A stretch of DNA of 56,488 nt. It comes from an uncultured Candidatus Saccharibacteria bacterium. Its GTDB lineage: Bacteria > Patescibacteriota > Minisyncoccia > Phycocordibacterales > Phycocordibacteraceae. The notes beneath the pieces are model-generated. The model worked only from the letters and a program-made list of their open reading frames with translations, searched no databases and was not told where the DNA came from. This document shows, piece by piece, positions 54,571-56,488 of this stretch (within the stretch, counting starts at the first letter, position 1; each line of letters begins with the position of its first letter). Made by a program: the position numbers and the translations under genes. The stretch lies in assembly GCA_964607655.1 (NCBI GenBank), contig CAZSKX010000004.1, positions 1 to 56,488 on the forward strand. Direction: 5' to 3'.

Positions 54571-55296
54571 ATGAAAATACTTGAAGAACTGGGATTAACG
54601 CGGGCCGAGGCCAGGACCTACGAGCGGCTGTTGCAACTTGGCGAGTGTCCTGTAAGTGTTTTGCAAAAGTCACTAGCGGCCCACCCTCAGGTGGTGTACA
54701 GGTCAGTGGATGGTCTTGTACAAAAGGGGCTTGCTGTCGTCGTGGTTAAGAAAAGCAAAAAGTACGTTAGCCCAGAACATCCAAAGAAGCTAGAACAGCT
54801 CGAACGAGAGAAGACAGAGCGGTTAAAAGAGAGCTTGCCAGAGCTCATGCGTCTCATGGCTCCGCATAAAGACGCGTTAGTGAAAACCAGCGTGGGTATC
54901 GAAGCAGTCCAAGCCTTTCGTCGCAGAAGCATCGATGAACTAAAGAGGGGTGACAGTCTGTATATCATTGGTGGGTCGGGGGACAGGTTCTACAGTGTTA
55001 TGGGCGAGAAGTATGAAGAGATTGAAGCCAAAAGAATCAAGAAAAAGATCTACAAGAAACTAATAGCTTTTTCCTCTGAAAAGGAGAAGTTTCAATCTGA
55101 TCCACACAGGCTCTATACAGTATTCAGATTCTTCCCCTCTTATCATCCAACCACATCGAGTATTAATATATTTGGCGATAATGTCGGGATATTAATATGG
55201 GCAACTGAACCCATTGTCATCCATATCAAGAGCGAAGAAGTCGCGCTTTCCTACAGAAACTACTTTGATGAACTCTGGGCCGCCGCTGTCGAATAG
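54571..55296 (+). CDS. TrmB-family transcriptional regulator (paralog 4)
   Basis: LEELGLTRAEARTYERLLQLGECPVSVLQKSLAAHPQVVYRSVDGLVQKGL. Confidence 0.78.
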   Translation: MKILEELGLTRAEARTYERLLQLGECPVSVLQKSLAAHPQVVYRSVDGLVQKGLAVVVVKKSKKYVSPEHPKKLEQLEREKTERLKESLPELMRLMAPHKDALVKTSVGIEAVQAFRRRSIDELKRGDSLYIIGGSGDRFYSVMGEKYEEIEAKRIKKKIYKKLIAFSSEKEKFQSDPHRLYTVFRFFPSYHPTTSSINIFGDNVGILIWATEPIVIHIKSEEVALSYRNYFDELWAAAVE

Positions 55297-55344
55297 GAGA
55301 TCGCGAGTACACGATCGAGTACGTTGCTCACGCTGTTTTCAATG

Positions 55345-55415
55345 TGCGGGATAGGAGAATCGAACTCCTGCTCTCAGTTTGGAAAACTGATGTTCTACCA
55401 TTAAACTAATCCCGC
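55345..55415 (-). tRNA. tRNA-Gly (anticodon UCC)
   Basis: Reverse complement GCGGGAT-TA-GTTT-AATGGTA-GAAC-A-TCAGT-TTTCCAA-ACTGA-GAGC-AGGAG-TTCGATT-CTCCT-ATCCCGC-A. Confidence 0.88.
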
Positions 55416-55497
55416 TTTAATGATTTTGAGCATACCACACCTCGCTTAGTAGTGGATCTGCCTTGCGCCAAGCGCGGAGAGGAGTCCTTCGCAGCTA

Positions 55498-55526
55498 TTG
55501 ACAAGTAACTAAACAAATGCTACATT
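55498..55526 (+). promoter_or_regulatory. Near-consensus sigma70 promoter
   Basis: TTGACA, a 17-nt spacer, then TACATT, about 100 nt upstream of the high-GC ORF. Confidence 0.5.
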
Positions 55527-55626
55527 AACGCGAGCAGGTGTGTAGGGCTCTTGCCCCACTGACCATGCCCTCAAATCCAAACCGAGGGCAAAACTCGATC
55601 CAAACAGACCGAAAAAGGAGAAAACT

Positions 55627-56319
55627 ATGAGGAAACTCATCTTCACGTCCTTCGTCGCGCTCGTCGCGGCCGTCTCGTTCAGCACCCCGGCCTCGGCTGG
55701 TGACAACCCGAACCGGCACAAGGTCGATGGCATCGTCATCGGCCTCGCGCATGAGCAGCAGGCCAAGCTCCACGAGATGGAGCGCGGCAAGAAGCGGCTC
55801 GAGAAGTCGGGAGGTGTCACGATCGCCTGCACCGACCAGCTGTGGAGCGACGATGTCGGAGACGCCGTCTCCGGCATCTTCAGCGAGTGGGGATACCAGC
55901 AGCGCCGCGGCAAGCCCGTGGTGCACGTGGTGGCGAACTTCGCCGTCACGGTGTGCAAGCACGGCGCGTGCAACACCACGTACGAGTACGTGGATCCCGC
56001 GAACGTGAACTACGTGGGCGGCGTGCTGACGATGCACAACGACTCCCACTACCTGCGGTGCCAGGACGTCGAAAACGGGTACCTGTACCAGAGCGACGAC
56101 CGGTCGCACTGGTTCAACAACCAGGGCTCGAGTGGGCAGAACAAGAACGAGTACCAGTACCGCGACGTGGACATCAGCGGCGCCTGGCACCCCGATCTTG
56201 GTGACAACGTGTTCCACCAGCAGTACCTGCAGGTGTGGACCGGTGACAGCAAGCAGGTCCACCCCGTCAACGAGACGCAGCCGGGCGCGGGCGGATCGGG
56301 CGGCGGCGGCAAGAAGTAG
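55627..56319 (+). CDS. Secreted hypothetical protein encoded by a compositionally foreign (high-GC) gene
   Basis: SD AAAAGGAG, signal peptide MRKLIFTSFVALVAAVSFSTPASA, four Cys and a Gly-rich KK tail. Third codon positions are almost all G/C. A terminator lies downstream. Confidence 0.7.
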   Translation: MRKLIFTSFVALVAAVSFSTPASAGDNPNRHKVDGIVIGLAHEQQAKLHEMERGKKRLEKSGGVTIACTDQLWSDDVGDAVSGIFSEWGYQQRRGKPVVHVVANFAVTVCKHGACNTTYEYVDPANVNYVGGVLTMHNDSHYLRCQDVENGYLYQSDDRSHWFNNQGSSGQNKNEYQYRDVDISGAWHPDLGDNVFHQQYLQVWTGDSKQVHPVNETQPGAGGSGGGGKK

Positions 56320-56372
56320 CCGCCGCGATCACGGCCGAAGAGTATGGTTTTGCCTCCTTCGCTTCGGCCAAC

Positions 56373-56410
56373 GGCCGGCATCCCTCACAGGATGTCGGCC
56401 GTTTCTTTTT
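56373..56410 (+). terminator. Intrinsic terminator
   Basis: GGCCGGCATCC-CTCACA-GGATGTCGGCC followed by GTTTCTTTTT. Confidence 0.7.
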
Positions 56411-56415
56411 GTTTG

Positions 56416-56486
56416 TCGGGCCGCCGAGAGTCGAACTCGGTCAGCTTGCTCCCAAAGCAAGTGTACTACCGTCATACGCCGGCCCG
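56416..56486 (-). tRNA. tRNA-Pro (anticodon UGG)
   Basis: Reverse complement CGGGCCG-GC-GTAT-GACGGTA-GTAC-A-CTTGC-TTTGGGA-GCAAG-CTGA-CCGAG-TTCGACT-CTCGG-CGGCCCG-A. The C1-G72 pair is typical of bacterial tRNA-Pro. Position 8 is G rather than U. Confidence 0.75.
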
Positions 56487-56488
56487 TT

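Noticed and set aside
55525-56262. 245-aa minus-strand ORF, and other frames open across the high-GC island
   Set aside because: Open frames on all strands are expected at this GC content. Only the plus-strand frame has a promoter, an SD, a signal peptide and a terminator.
1-56488. Search for integrases, transposases, IS ends, prophage genes and CRISPR arrays
   Set aside because: I found no ORF with recombinase or transposase motifs and no repeat-spacer array, so no mobile element is claimed, despite the tRNA-flanked islands.

Overview
The window looks like a core chromosomal segment of a small-genome, CPR/Patescibacteria-like bacterium. This placement is an inference from gene content: four TrmB-type regulators, a T4SS-pilin-like protein, a lamin-tail-like protein, a membrane-anchored Hsp100 and tightly overlapping operons. 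It spans the replication-origin neighbourhood (dnaN-dnaA / rpmH-rnpA-yidC). Housekeeping genes include ruvA, ruvB-yebC-ruvC, polA-holA, tsaE, recJ, rnhA, a murE-like ligase, a class A PBP, pgk-tpiA, ppa, clpP, nusA, rny, hup, rpsT, rpmB, coaE and coaD. There are five tRNA genes: two Arg-CCG copies, Lys-UUU, Gly-UCC and Pro-UGG. Two envelope machines are present. One is a type IV pilus module (pilB-pilC plus three pseudopilin-like genes, with a second orphan pilB-like ATPase and comEC elsewhere). The other is an eight-gene minimal VirB4-centred T4SS-like operon with unusual Cys-rich and beta-rich secreted partners. The most accessory-looking parts are listed here. (i) Four TrmB-like regulators, each paired with uncharacterised cargo genes, including a mirror-symmetric double cassette at 51.8-55.3 kb. 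(ii) A high-GC single-gene island between tRNA-Gly and tRNA-Pro. (iii) A roughly 220-nt promoter-to-terminator unit with five hairpins that I cannot assign to any RNA family. (iv) A short repeated hairpin element upstream of three minus-strand genes. (v) Duplicated tRNA-Arg genes that bracket the Hsp100-like gene. I saw no rRNA, CRISPR array, integrase or transposase. All coordinates come from hand reading of the sequence and the ORF track. Product calls rest on recognised motifs, not database searches.
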